DNA of 64,000 nt from Raillietiella orientalis (taxonomy: Eukaryota): the NCBI GenBank assembly GCA_036172245.1, contig JAYWIR010000109.1, forward strand, positions 1 through 64,000, read 5' to 3'. Position 1 is the stretch's first letter. Each line of letters starts with the position of its first letter. The translations under genes were made by a program, and so were the position numbers. The notes beneath the pieces are model-generated. The model worked only from the letters and a program-made list of their open reading frames with translations, searched no databases and had not been told where the DNA came from. This document shows positions 26,301 to 39,800 of this stretch, one piece after another.

Positions 26301-29300
26301 CTGCAGCAAGATGCTGCCGTCGGAGCTCCCGTCGCCGAGGAGACGCCCACGTCCCGATCCGTCCATTCTGCCTTTCGGGTGCACCCCCCCCCCCACCCTG
26401 TATTGGCAGGCGACCGGGAAATCCCCAGGATCCACCTCCTCCGGCCTCTCCTGGCAATGGACGTGGAGAGGGAGACATCTCCAGGCAACGCACCGAGACT
26501 GGAGGGCGGAAGACGGGCAGCGCCAGCCGGGAGGAACGAACTCCTCCTCTCCCGCCACTGCAAATTCACCGTGAAGGGAGTCGCCGCGACCGACGTGGTG
26601 CGGGCGCCACCGGCGCCATGACTTCACGCCGCTCCCTACAGAGGTTCTCTTGGAGATTCTCGGAAGCTGATGGGGGAGGGGGGGAAGGAACCGGCAAGAC
26701 GACCCCATGGAGCGTTCATCTCCTCCCCCGAGACACCGTTGGATGTCTCCGCAGCGGCCCGCGCTGTGCCAACTGCGGCCCCGTCGACCCTGACGTTCCC
26801 CCGCGAGTCGGGGCTCTACAGGGAGGGGGGGGAACCCCCGCGTCCTCGGAGGCCGCGCAGGAACAGCGCACGCGCCACTGCTTTCGTTCCTCACTGCGGG
26901 GTGGGGGACGGCGTCGGCCGATCCGCTCGTGGAGGTGGACCACCCTGGCCGCGGAATGGCTCCCCTTCTGGGCTCGCGCTGGCACTCCGCAGGAAGCGGT
27001 GGCGGCAGCGGTTGCCGTGGAAATGAACTCGTCAGACAGGACGCATCCCCCCCTCCCGCCTGCCCTTCGTGGCCGCCACGAGGCACAAAGAGAGGGCGCA
27101 GGAGAAGGGGTGGGGCGGCGGCAGCGACAAAGGGAAAGGCCGGCAGTCGGGGGAGGGGGGGGGAACTCCAAAAAAGGAGGAAAAAAAGGGGGAAGAAAAA
27201 AAAAGGGGAGGAGGGGAACGAAAAAAGGGAGGATGGGCGGGCGGGCAGTTAGGCGGCTGCAGGGAGGCGGGACGCCCAGCTCTTCCCGGAGGACACCGGC
27301 GGGTGCCCGTCCGGACCCGCCCGCGTCTCGGCATCCCGCGACGGGGGGGAGGAGGCGGGACGAAAAAAGAAAAAAAACGCGCAAAAAAAGGAAAAAAATT
27401 GAAAAAAGTGGGTGGGACGGGGGCGGGGTGGGATCTCCCTCGCTTCCCATCCATCCTCTTTCCCTCCGCCCCTGTCGCTCGTTTCCGGAATTTCTCGTTT
27501 TTTCCCCCCCCTCGACCCCTTTTTTGAGGGGGAGGGGGAGGGTCGAGATTTATGGGCGCGCGCGCGCCATCTGTGCGTTGGCAAAGGCGACTGGCACGCC
27601 CGCGGGCGCCTTCCGAAGAGGTCCCTCTGCCAGCCTCTTCTGTCCCCGTTCCAGGGAATGCTCGACCTTCGGGCATGATCTCGCGGCTGCTCGGAGCGAC
27701 CTGTGTGGCTGGCCCCCGTGACGGCAAGGCCCCCGTCGTGGTGCCGCGGAACCACGCCGCGGGCGCGTCCGGGAAGGGAGTGCCCGCCCCTTCTTCCACT
27801 TCCGGGATGCCTCCTACCTGGGAACAGCAGAGGAACGCCGCCCCGCGATATGTATGGAGATGGTCGCAAGAGGACGAAGAGAACCAGGAGATCTCGGCCG
27901 CAACTCCACCGACCTGACTCACTGTCTTCAGGAAAAGGAGATGGTACCGGCTTCCCGAGGCCCCTGCCCATCCCCAGTCAAGGCACGACCTCCTGAGGGA
28001 CGCCTCATGGGCCGGCACAAGTCCAGAGATCAGTCCCTAGGGCGTCTGCAGGGAGGGTCACCGGCCTGGCGGCGCCGCGCGCAAGCAGCGTAGGAGCGGC
28101 TTCCTTCTGAAGGCAGGCGGCTTCGGTGCAGCCCCACGAGGGGCATTCTCCCCTGCACAGGGGGAAGGAGAGGGACGGGTTGTGTGAGTTCTCCGCGCGG
28201 ATCCACGGCACGCACACCGCTGAGCGGAGGGACAGAAGGCAGTTCCCCTGGCGACCGGCAGGCCCTCGCTCGTGGCGTGTCGGACCCCTCGGCCCTCGTG
28301 GACCCATGCCCCCTCCTTCTCGACACCGGGGATGGCACCTATCGGAAGAGGCGATTTCGCGGCCGTCCGCTGACAGTTGGCGCGGAGGACGCCTCTCGGG
28401 CGGTCGGCCGCGTGCTCGGCGCCTTGGCACGGCGGAGGCCCCTGGTACCGCACGGTGGGCGGACCACTCAGAGAGGGAATGACTCCGAGCTGTACCCCCA
28501 CCACAGCGCTCCCACCTCGTGTCCTGGAGCACCCCTCAGGCCACGACTAAGCACCGCCCCCTTCTTGGGCCGGGCCTCCGAGCGCCAGGAGGCGTCGCGA
28601 CGGTAAGCGCCCCCTGCCGGTGCGCCGCTGGACCCAGAGGCGCTGCCCTCGGTTTTTTCCCAGCGCAGCGGCAGCATGCCCCCCTCGGGAAGCCCGGTGT
28701 CCACGCCAGTCATCCCGGGGCATCCTGGGATCCTCTTTGTTGCGGAGGGCCACCCGCTGGCCAGCACCTGTTCAGGGAGATTAGGAGCGAAGCCGCCGGG
28801 AGTCCACCATCTCCTCAGGACCGAAAGTCCGGTCCATCTAGACACCCTGGACTCCGCCCTTCGCTCCAGGAGAACTTCTACCTACCCGCACGGGCACACA
28901 CTCTCAGGACCTACGCCCCAGGGGATGTGGTCGCTGGCCCTCTCTACCCTCCCTTCTTCCTCGTAGCTTTGTCGTAGGTTTCCCCTTTGGACGGTCTGCC
29001 CGGCTCACCTTCAGCCGGGAGCGGAGCGCACGGGGGACCCGTCCACGTGGACTGCGCCTCCGAGCCGGTTGCAAGGGACCCTGGTAAAAGAAAAATTTCT
29101 TCTTCTTCTTCTTCCCCTTCCGTTGGCGGTGCTGAGAGAGCAAACCACCGCCAGAGAAGAATGGTGCTGATCCCAGGGGACTCCCAGACGGCCACCAGCT
29201 CCCGGTTCCTGATTCCGCTCTCCCTCAAAGCGAGCCAAGGTGCGGGTGGATTTTCCGGAAGTTTCGCCGTACCCACGACGGCGACCAGGACCAGCGGAAG

Positions 29301-32300
29301 GGCAGCTGCGCGCGTCGCTCGGATGCCCCGGGAGTCAAAGCGCATGCGCGCGCAGAAGAACAGGAGCTCTCGTGGGCGATTTCTCCTCCTCAGAGGTGAC
29401 TGCGATGCTTTCCCTCGACCGATCAAACGGCGTCGGGAATTCGCTCTCGGGACATGTGAACAGGATACGAGGGAAGACGCATCCATTAGTTCATATTTGA
29501 TTTCCCTTTTCAGCTAATTCGCTCCATTCTCAGTCCCAGAAAGTCATCATCGGACGAGCAAGATTAATTATGAAGTACCCACTGCTTCCTCGCCAGTCGG
29601 AGCGTCCTTCGACACGTCGCTTTCCTTTTGCCGTGCCGCTGGTTTTTGAGCTGTCAACCGGCTTGCAGCTGTCCGTGACCAATCACGCTTTCTATTAATG
29701 TCTCACAGAGCATTCAACATGCAGTATTTATGGGAGAGATCTCGGAATACGTGATAGATCGGCGGATCGTCTGTTTTTGCAAACCACTCAAGAAGGGATC
29801 AATTATGAACGTGGGACTGGTCTGTCCTAATCGGAAGGACGAAATCCGAGCGTGCGCAATCCATTGGCAAACGTGCAAACACAAGTTTTATTGCTCTCGC
29901 TACGCTTTAAGAGTTTGCTTTACCGCGTGGGCGCACGCGCCGTGTGCACGGCACGCGCTCCGGAGAAGCCGCCGTGCTGCGAAAGTTGCTGAAAAATTGA
30001 TGCTCCCGGGAAAGAAAGAACGACCACTGGCTGCTCTGCATCCGAAAAATGCCCGAAAGGATCTCTGGACGGAGAAAGTTGGCTCTGGATAGCTCCCTCG
30101 CTTCGCTGGCGACCCACCAAGCCCCTTTTTGCGTGAGGATACGCGTGTACGTGCGGAGCTGCTCCCTCGATCCAGGGAGACTTCTGGCCAATTGCTCTGA
30201 TGCGGCGTTCAAGCCAAAGCCCATCGTGCTTTGCCTATTTTCGCAGACTTATCTGCAAGCTTCCTTACTATGTACTTCCTTATGATGTAGGAACACGAGG
30301 AAAACATCTTCAAGTGTTCTTACCCAACGAAATTTCTTCGAAAGTTCTCGAGGGGAATATCCCCAAGCATACTGATTACACAAAAAGGCATTAGGAGGAG
30401 CAAAAAGTTTAGTTGCGCGAAGATTTTTGGCTCAATCGAAGTGTGGCGCAAGAGAATTTAGAAACATAATTCCTCAGGAGCTATTACCAAACCCAACTTG
30501 GATGGTTCTGCTGTGTGGAACGAAGCGAGAAACACCGAGAACTAGAGCAGCTGTTTCCATGGCAATGCTGAACCAAACAAGCAAAGATGCAGGAGGCATA
30601 AACTTTCTGGAAATCAGAAGCAATGGAATCAACATCTGAACACGCTGCACCTCTGCTTATTCTTATTCCTAAGACATTCATATCTATTTATTAAAAAAAG
30701 ACAACAACACGATTTAGACTAGCGAAATTAAATAACTTTTGCTTATTCATCCAAGTTTTTCCCGTGTGTTTAGTTTCTTTGTTTTACTTTTTTAAAAAAA
30801 AAAAAAAAAAAATGGCATGAGATTAAAAAGTCATGGCAACGTTGAATGCCAACGTTTGCTAGTAGAACACGTGCTGTTCCTTGCAAACGCTTCGAAATTA
30901 TTCGAAACGGACGTGTTAATGATATTCTGCATGTTGAGTGTGCAAGCATATGGGGCTTCACAAGTTGTTTCTATTGACAAATTGTTTTCTGACTATCAAA
31001 TGCATTCCTGTTAATGCACTTTAGATTCCAAATTCGTTTTGCTCGAGCATTCTCTGAATTTGGCTGCTGACATGTATTATCAGCTACTAAGAGAGTTTCA
31101 GCTTTGACCGTCGATTATAAAGTGTACAAATTGGACACCTTTCAACTCAGCTGTTGAGTTTCGAAATCACTTTACTGCTTCACATCAATCATTTGAAAAA
31201 AACCGTTCCACAAAAACATGACGATAGATCCACACACATCGTGATGAGTGAGATCGGCCGCTCTTTCCATTTACCTAGCAAAGCCTTTCATGTGCTCCGA
31301 GTCCTTCTGAGGCCTGACTTTTAAATGCCATCAACCATTTAGTTTTTTCAAACACTCCCCACCGTTTCAAACGAGAATAAACTTCGGTGCGTAGCGAATG
31401 AATGTCGGTGAATCACAAGGATCGAGTAGAGAAATTTCTCATGAATCCTTTCTTGTGTAACGCGAGCAACTCTAACATGAGCTACCTAGAAGTTTCCAAT
31501 ATTTTCGAAACTCGTGGCAATTCTGTATTGGCACTCCTCTTCGAGGAGAGACGGAAGCCTATTTGCTTTCACAATGAGCAAGCTGAGAACCCAAACTGGA
31601 CAATCTTTCAACGTCCAGTCTCTCGCAACTACGAGGTTCTTGAACATAAACCAAAAAAAGAATGCAGAAACAAACATGGAAAGAAGTGGATTTTTCGTAC
31701 CTACCCGGGATGGTCAGTCTTTAAACGTGTTTCAAATCCAAAAATAATCACGATGCATGGAGGTGACCCGATGGATGCTAAAACGATTTCCTAAAACTAA
31801 CCGACTAAGAAGACCTGAACTCTTCCCACGGACCTCTATTTGAAATCCAATGCAACCACATTACTTTGAGTTCTAAAAAGAAAAGCCGGAGGATTAAATT
31901 AAAAAAATGAAGAAAAGAATTTCTAAACAAATGAAAGAAGAAGAGAAGTTGAGGATGAAAAGAGAAGATGAGGATTTGCAAATGTCTCCACAAAAACTTA
32001 CAAGTCAATAATTTTTAAAAGGGAAAAGTGCATGAGAAAATTTGCAAAATAACTATAAACTCCCACGGTCGCGCAAACTTTTTATTTTCTTATTGTATAT
32101 AGAGCAGTCAAAACAGTACACTTAAAATGAATAGCTCTTCTAAATGAAGTTTTTCACCATACGTTTAACTCCTTGCCAGATTTAGGATCCTGTATACTAA
32201 CTATGATGTCCGAACATGGTAGCCCTAATGCTATCTGCTTCCGAAGTATAATTAATTCAGTTTACAAAAATGAAAATTTTATAGAAAAAGGAACCGAATT

Positions 32301-33880
32301 TACAATGTTGCTGCTTGCAGTTTACATTTGTCCTGTTTTTACACAATTCACACTTGACCGAATTTGTACGAAGCTGTGCATTCATCATACCACATGAAAG
32401 TCAATAGATATTGTCAAAACAGTACGAAGAAAATTTGTTTTGTAGTCTGAATGAAAAGGAATTTCACACTAGTGGAACATCTTGGGGTCCTAGTTACCCA
32501 TGCATGGTTGTTAGAAGTTGAGCATTCATACTTGAAGGTTCAACTTTTGAGTGAAGCAATCTTTCTCTTGATTTTCTTCCAGAAAAGCAAGTTTTGAGGC
32601 CCTCGTGAAGTAAGCAGCTGCACTGAGAATTAATGTCTTTTGTAAGGTTATCAAAAAAGCGCCTACTTCATTGTATTATCCGTTACATTGGAATTCATGA
32701 AGACCTGGAGATTTATTCTGAATCGAGAATATCGGTTTGCTCTTATCGAATTTATTTAGAGCAGAAAAAAAGAGATCGAATGATTCAATGAGATGATTCC
32801 AGGAATTTCGGCTCATTTCGGAATCAGGCGGCTCGGACACAATGAAAGAAAAGTCAAAGAAATGCAAAGTTGTGATTCTAAATAATGTCGGGCAAATGTT
32901 CAAAAAGAAATCATTTTATGGATCATTCCAATAAAGATCCTTAACTAAATGGTTTTTTTTTTTTTTTGACTCTTTAAGATTCGTCCACTTATAGCTTGCG
33001 TATGTTTTCCATTAATGATAGATAACTTTCTAATGCCATTTATGAGAATTTATACAGTATAGACGAAATTACATTATCATATAAAGCCCAACAGAATCTA
33101 AACGAATAGACTGATGAAAAACAAACAAATTGAATGATGACATCTAAATAATAACTGGACTGGCTGATCTTGTTTACCACAAAATGAAGACACATTTTAA
33201 ACTAAACTGTGGACATAATATCTCATATATTACTCCACGAGGTTTGAATTAAACTTTTTTATGATACAATAATTTCACATTTCATATGCTCATATTTGTT
33301 TATTTTTATAATTCTATCATGGACGCTATCATATTCCCCTAAATTTAAAGTTGTCATTTTAAAGATTACAAACAGTGCGGTACACATTTTTGAGGTTATT
33401 GTTTCCTCTTCTTGAAGCACCAAGATGAATAAACAGAACGTGATGCTTTCTAAAAGGATTACACGGGAGTTAATAAGAGATCAAAGACTCAAACATATCG
33501 TTAGGGGAAAAAATGTATGGCATCTGTGTGACTGAAGTCAGCAATCCTGATTATCAAATCGGTACAGATCCGGTACACAAGTTTTCATGTTTTGTGTGTT
33601 CTTTTACCATTCATATGAGTGTGATTCATTTGTAAAGTAGTATTTTTCTGAGACCTAGTTATCAAATGACTTCAGCATCTTTCCGGAAAGCATGCTTGTT
33701 TTAAATATAAAAACATGGCAGTTGTGATAGTAAGTGAATGCAGTGTATACGTGTTTAGAAATTAAAAATGTGTTCTTTGCAACGTAGTCGCTAGTTATCT
33801 AATTGTAAAAAGCCATATTTTTACCCAATGGACTATTGCAATCATATTTTTAAATTTCGCGTTTGTTGACAAGTGAAAAA

Positions 33881-36800
33881 ATGCTGACCACCAAAACTTT
33901 TATGAGAAAGACTCGTAGAGGAAACGTGCTAAAAATTGTGCGAGAACATTACTTAAGAAATGATATTTGGTGTGGATCTAAACTGTGCAAAGATTGCCCT
34001 CAAGATAAGTGTGTATTAGAAGCGAACCCCGTCTCTGATTCAGATTTAATTGTTCATCCACACTACATAGTTCTGGATACCAATGTTATACTTCACCAGG
34101 TATTCAGGAAGTAATTGAGTATTTGAAAATTTTGTTATTCACAGAGGGACATTATCGAATCATACGTACTGAGAAATGTCATAATTTTTCAAGTTGTATT
34201 GGAGGAAGTTAAAAAAAGAAGTATCCCTGCATATCAAGCAATAGCAAGTGTAATTAGTAACCCAGATTATAGGTTTTTTGTTTTCATCAACGAGCACCAT
34301 AAGTAAATATATAGATTTAAAGAGGAATTTTATGCTGTTTCGTTTCTAGAGAAACATATATTGAAAGAATCAAAGGAGAATCTGCAAATGATAGGAATGA
34401 TCGTGCCATTAGAACAGCATGCCTTTGGTACAAAAATCATTTGTGCCAAAATGGGAATTCAGCTGTTGATATAGTGCTTCTGACCAATGATGCCTTGAAC
34501 AAGGAAACAGCTTTGAAAATGGGTTTATGTACTCTGACAGGTAAGGTGGGGAGTGGGGTGTTTTCATTTCTGGTAAAATCTGTGAAGTGGAAGAATATGT
34601 GAACAGCGTAGCACACAAACATCCTGACATAGTGGATAAACTGAATCGAGCTGAAGATGAAAAGCATGTGGTCTCCATTAATCAGCACAATCTCTATCCT
34701 GAGCACTTGTCACTTAGCAGGATGCATGAGAAACTTAAAACAGGCACTGCTTACCAGGGGGTATTCCATTCAAGTCGAGATAATTACTTGGAAGGCAGTG
34801 TCAGTGTGGAAGGCCAGGATCAGGATGTAAGAATTGGGGACACATGATTCACATTTGGGAAAGATCCTTATACAAGGGCTCTTGAATTTGAATCGAGCTG
34901 TACATAATGATGTGGTTGTTGTGGAGCTGCTTGTCAAAGAAGAGTGGTCCCGTCAAAGTGATATTGTGTTGGATGATGAGGTGGAGGATCCAGGTAAGCA
35001 CAGTTAACTTCAGTTCAAGGCATCATCTTCCCATCAGAGGGAGGCGTCCTGGAAAAAGAAGTTTTGTTTAAAAGCTCTTCAAAACAAGGATCATGTCAGC
35101 CTACTGGTCGTATTGTTGGCATCATAAAGCGTCGTTGGAGACCCTATTGTGGAGTGTTGCAGCCTTGTGCTCTGCCTAGGGCTACACGACATTTGTTTGT
35201 GCCTGTTGAACGGGGAATACCCAAAATTCGCATCGAAACACATCAGGCTGAATGGCTCAAAGGTCAGAAAATTGTGGTCACCATTGATGCATGGCCACGT
35301 TTCTCCAGATATCCACAGGTTGATAGTCAATTGGTGTACAAGTGATGCATCTTTATATTTCAGGGCCATTATGTACGAGCACTAGGCAAGATTGGAGAAA
35401 AGGAGACAGAAAGCGAATTGTTGCTTCTAGAGCATGATGTACCCCATGGCACTTTTTCAGAAGCTGTGAAAGCTTGTCTTCCTAGTTTGCCCTGGGAAAT
35501 TCCTAATGAGGTACTCCATCTTTTTTTATTTGGGGATTTAGACCTGAGATTCATGCAATTCGTTAACCAATTCGTTCATTGCATGAGTAATAGTGGATGC
35601 TAGATCACTAGGGAAAAGGGAAAGGGTTGCACTATTTTCATCTAGGCTGAATAAGTTGGAGGCTGTTGGGAAATTGTTTCCATTTAGAGGTTCATGCTGA
35701 GGTTCCATCAGGGACTGGATGCTGGAATAGTTGCTGTCTTCTGGTTCTGCCGCTCTACCATGTGGGCTCATGCATGTCGGAGACAAGTATCCCATTTGAT
35801 AGCTTCCAGCTAAAGATGCAGCAGGAATAGCTGGATTGGAAAACAGGCTAGAGTCAAGCTGGATCAGGTTGTTGTTGAAACTGAAATGCTCCAAATCACG
35901 GGGGTATTGTGAGAAAGAGTGACAAGTGAAGTTGTTATTCTCATCTTTAAGTTGCTCAGAGTGCAGTGAGGGTTGATTCATGAGTTTGTTGTATGCAATC
36001 TTTGAAGGTCGTAAATGAAATGGTGTATTTGCTCCAGAAGGTGAGTGGGCATTTGATGGCACAATGGTGATGAAGGTTGTCTTTTGCTGTTTTTCTGTCT
36101 CGTTGCAGGGTGAATCTTTGAAAGAATTTTCGATTGCAGGTAGCCCACACGGAGCCAGGGTGGTTTGACCATTATTTGCCTGCTGTCTTCCTTCAAGCTG
36201 CCTAATCCTTCGACGTAATAGGAGCTTGAGGCAGTTTTGAGTTTCGGTTTTCTGATGTAAATCATGCAGTAGGTTTTCCAAGGTTGCTAAGTTGGGACTA
36301 TGTTTCAGTTTTTGCCATCTCTGCCACAGTGCTTTATCATGTTGGTGGAGCATTGACTCAATCTCAGTGGTTTCTAAGATTTTATGTTTTCCCTGTATTG
36401 TTTGTTACACTATGTACCTTTGTGAGTGAGTTCGGTGCACAGTCTTCCAGTTTCTTCTTTGTCCTTTTCAACTGCCACGGTTACTTGTTTTATCCGCCTG
36501 ATATTGGCTTGGGAAGCACGTACTTCATCGTACAAATGAACGAGCTCATTTACGTTAGCTCTGAGTTTTTTTTTCCATTTCCTGCAGGAATCCAGTAGGT
36601 GATAGTAACAGATCTGTACTCACGCTTCCTTCTGGTGTTCTCTGTTGAGGGCAGTGATTAGGTAACGGTTGTACTCGACGATTTCGCCCATCATTTCCAG
36701 AAAGCATCTCAGTTTTTCCTCTCCATTTACTTCCTCCAAACTCTTTAATATTTGCATGACTTCGAGTGTTTCCTTCGTTTCTGGCAGATTGAATGCTTCC

Positions 36801-39800
36801 GAACTTGACGGATTTAAGGCAGGACTGGACCCTTCGGAAACACCACCAGCGTTCTGATATGACATCTTGTGAGACACCCACGTCTCTGGGATATTTTTCC
36901 GGCCCTGTTTCTCCTTAGCCTTAGCCATGGATTAGTAAACCCGAGTCGTTGAATGCTGCCGGTAAAAGGGTTTACTCACGAGGCTGCTCTTACTGTGTTC
37001 CTTGGAGAAATTTCCTTTGAAGTACACAATCTCGGCGCTTTGGTCGGAACGGTTTATCAGTTTGTCGATGAACTTTTTTATCTGACCCTTCTTTGTTATT
37101 GGTAAGGTTTTAGGTTTTTCCTTTGCTTGTCCCTCAGCCTGATCGTCCGTGTAGCGTTCTGTGGATACACGATGGTGCACGATAAGTTTCCCCAACAACC
37201 ATAGCATTCGGACTCCCGGCTCGTGTTAGCCCCCTTGGTCTGGAACGAGCTGCATGAACCGTTATTTTTGTTACCTTCATCACCGTTGTGCCTTCGGTTT
37301 TTGCCGCCATCAGGCTCAAGTGGTGTGCCCATGGATCGGGTGATGTGCGGGTGTGCGACTTCAACACTGGGAATTTAATTGTGAATTTGGCGATAGGTGC
37401 GGGGGCGTTTCGGCCGCTGGCTTTTGGAATTCTAGAACCGAGCGTGTTTCTCGAGCGCATTGTTAGTGTCGTGCGCCCGGGGCGGGTGATTGTAGTGCAT
37501 ATTGATCGTGCCCGGTGTTTTGGACCGACCCGGTGTGTGCACGTGGTCAAGTGGTCGTCGGTGGGTGTGCGCCGCCACAGCTCCTCAACGTAAAGCACGT
37601 TGTTGCCGTGGCTCGTGTCCATTCGTGGTGGCGTCACGGTGGAGTGACTCCTCCCTCTCCGCCGGGGCAGCTCGTGGCCGGAGGTGGCCAGAGTGAAAGC
37701 GAAAGTTTTGCCCGATGCAGTTGTGAAGCGGAAGCCGCTCCTCCGACCAAATTGCTGCCCTCAGCCACGAGCCGTGCGTGCACTGGGTCTGCACTGACTG
37801 CTAAATGAGCGCCTGATGATTGAATTAGGCCGGCCTGGAATGGACACGTTCCAGTCGCGCGTGCCGACTCGTGCGAAGCGCGGTTCGTCGAGTTTCTCCA
37901 TCTGCTTGCAAATTCCCCGTCGTCCGGTCGTTTTGCGTCACCTTCGCGGATGGTGGTCGGGGTGAAGCAAGCGTGTCGTGTGTCAAGGCTGCACGCGGTT
38001 GTATGTTGTCGACGTTATGCAGGACAAGGACCGCAAATCCGCAGCGTTGGGGGAGTGTCTCAGCCGTCCCAGCTGGGTAACTGCCTCCGTTCCTGACCAA
38101 GGGAAGGTCGTTGTTCCCCCGAAACGGAAGAGAGCGCTTGCTTTTGTTTTCGTTTCTTTGTATCTGTTGTTCCCCTCGGACGTGTTTCTCGGAGCGGGGC
38201 ATCTCTGGAAGTGTCTTCAGTTGGCACCTTCCTTTGCCGATTCGGTGAGTCAGGAAGAGTCTAGCTCATCCTGGCTCATCGCGTCTCAGACATCTAAGGT
38301 GTGAACTTACCCCGTAAGCATCCTCGTGGTCCATCCGTAGAATCGCCAGCTCCCACTGCGCTCCGTCATCTCCAGATGCGGCACCTCATGCTCGCGCGCG
38401 CGTCCATGAGCTCGAAGACGGAGGAAACACGGCTATCGTGTGTGCTCCGTTGGTAAGGGCCAGTGGTCAGGTAGACAGACGGAGGGGGAAGGGGTTCTCT
38501 CGTCACCTCTTGTGCCCCCGGTTTCACCTTCTTCCGCTTAGGAACTGCTGCACCGGGAGGATTTCCGCGGCGCTGTCGTGTGCTCCGTCGATCCTCCAGG
38601 TTGCGTCGACATCGACGACGCCTTGCACTGCCGTCCCCTGGATGGCGGCGGATACGAGGTAGGGGTGCACATCGCGGATGTCTCCTACTTCGTACGCCCC
38701 GGATCGGCGCTGGATAAGGAGGCCGCCTCCAGGAGCACCACCGTGTACTTGGTCGGCCACCGCATCGATATGGTGCCCGGTAATTTCGCCCCAGAGGACC
38801 CCCGGACTGCACGCAAATGCGATTTCTGTTTCCTCCCTGTAGAAGTGCTCAGCGCCAACTTATGCTCCCTAAGGATGGGTGAGGACCGCCTGGCCTTTTC
38901 GTGCGTGTGGGAGATGACTCCCGAAGCGGAGGTGTGCAACACGAGGTTCTGCAAGTCCGTTATTAGGTTGGTTGGAAGACCAGGTGGATACGCACCCCAC
39001 CCTTCTTCCTTTCCATCTTTCCCACAGGTCGCGAGCATCCCTTACGTACAGCGAGGCCCAGCTGCGCATCGACGATCACAGCAGGTCGGATGAGATCACA
39101 GAGTCCCTGCGCATGCTCAATGGTCTGGCGAAGCAACTCAGGCAGCGCCGCCTGGAGCGCGGTGCGCTCGTGCTGGCGTCTCCCGAGGTGCGGTTCGAGG
39201 TAGATAGCGAGACCCACGACCCCGTCGACGTGGCAGCGAAGCAGCTCCTGGAGACCAACTCCCTGGTTGAGGAGTTCATGCTCCTGGCGAACGTGTCCTC
39301 GGCGGAGCGCATTCTGGAAGAGTTCCCAGACTGCAGCCTCCTTCGCCGTCATCCGAGCCCTCCCGTCTCCCACTTCGACCCCCTAGTAAAGGCTTCCCGC
39401 GTGCACGGCATCGATCTGATCGTGGACAGTGGGCTCGAACTCTCCCGGTCCCTGGACAAGGCCGTAGTTCCCGACAACCCCTACTGGAACACCCTGCTCC
39501 GCCTGCTCGCGACGCGGTGCATGCTGCCCGCGTCGTACTTCGTCAGCGGACTCCTTCCCCGGGAAGAGTACTTCCATTACGGACTGGCCTGCCCCGTCTA
39601 CACCCATTTCACGTCACCCATCCGCCGCTACGCTGACATCGTGGTGCACCGCCTCCTGGGCGTAACCGTCGGCAGCGGGAACATCACCCCGGTCCTTCTG
39701 GACAAGAAGGCGATGCAGGAGTTGTGTACGAATCTCAACTACCGCCACCGCATGGCGCAGCACGCCGGCAGGGCGTCCGTGGACCTTCATACCAAGGTCG

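Noticed and set aside
26200..29500. Many long overlapping ORFs (up to 367 aa)
   Set aside because: GC-rich low-complexity translations open in several frames on both strands, with no recognisable domain.
31402..32010. 130 aa ORF followed by Lys/Glu-rich fragments
   Set aside because: Could be a decayed or small gene, but I found no recognisable homology or consistent splice model.
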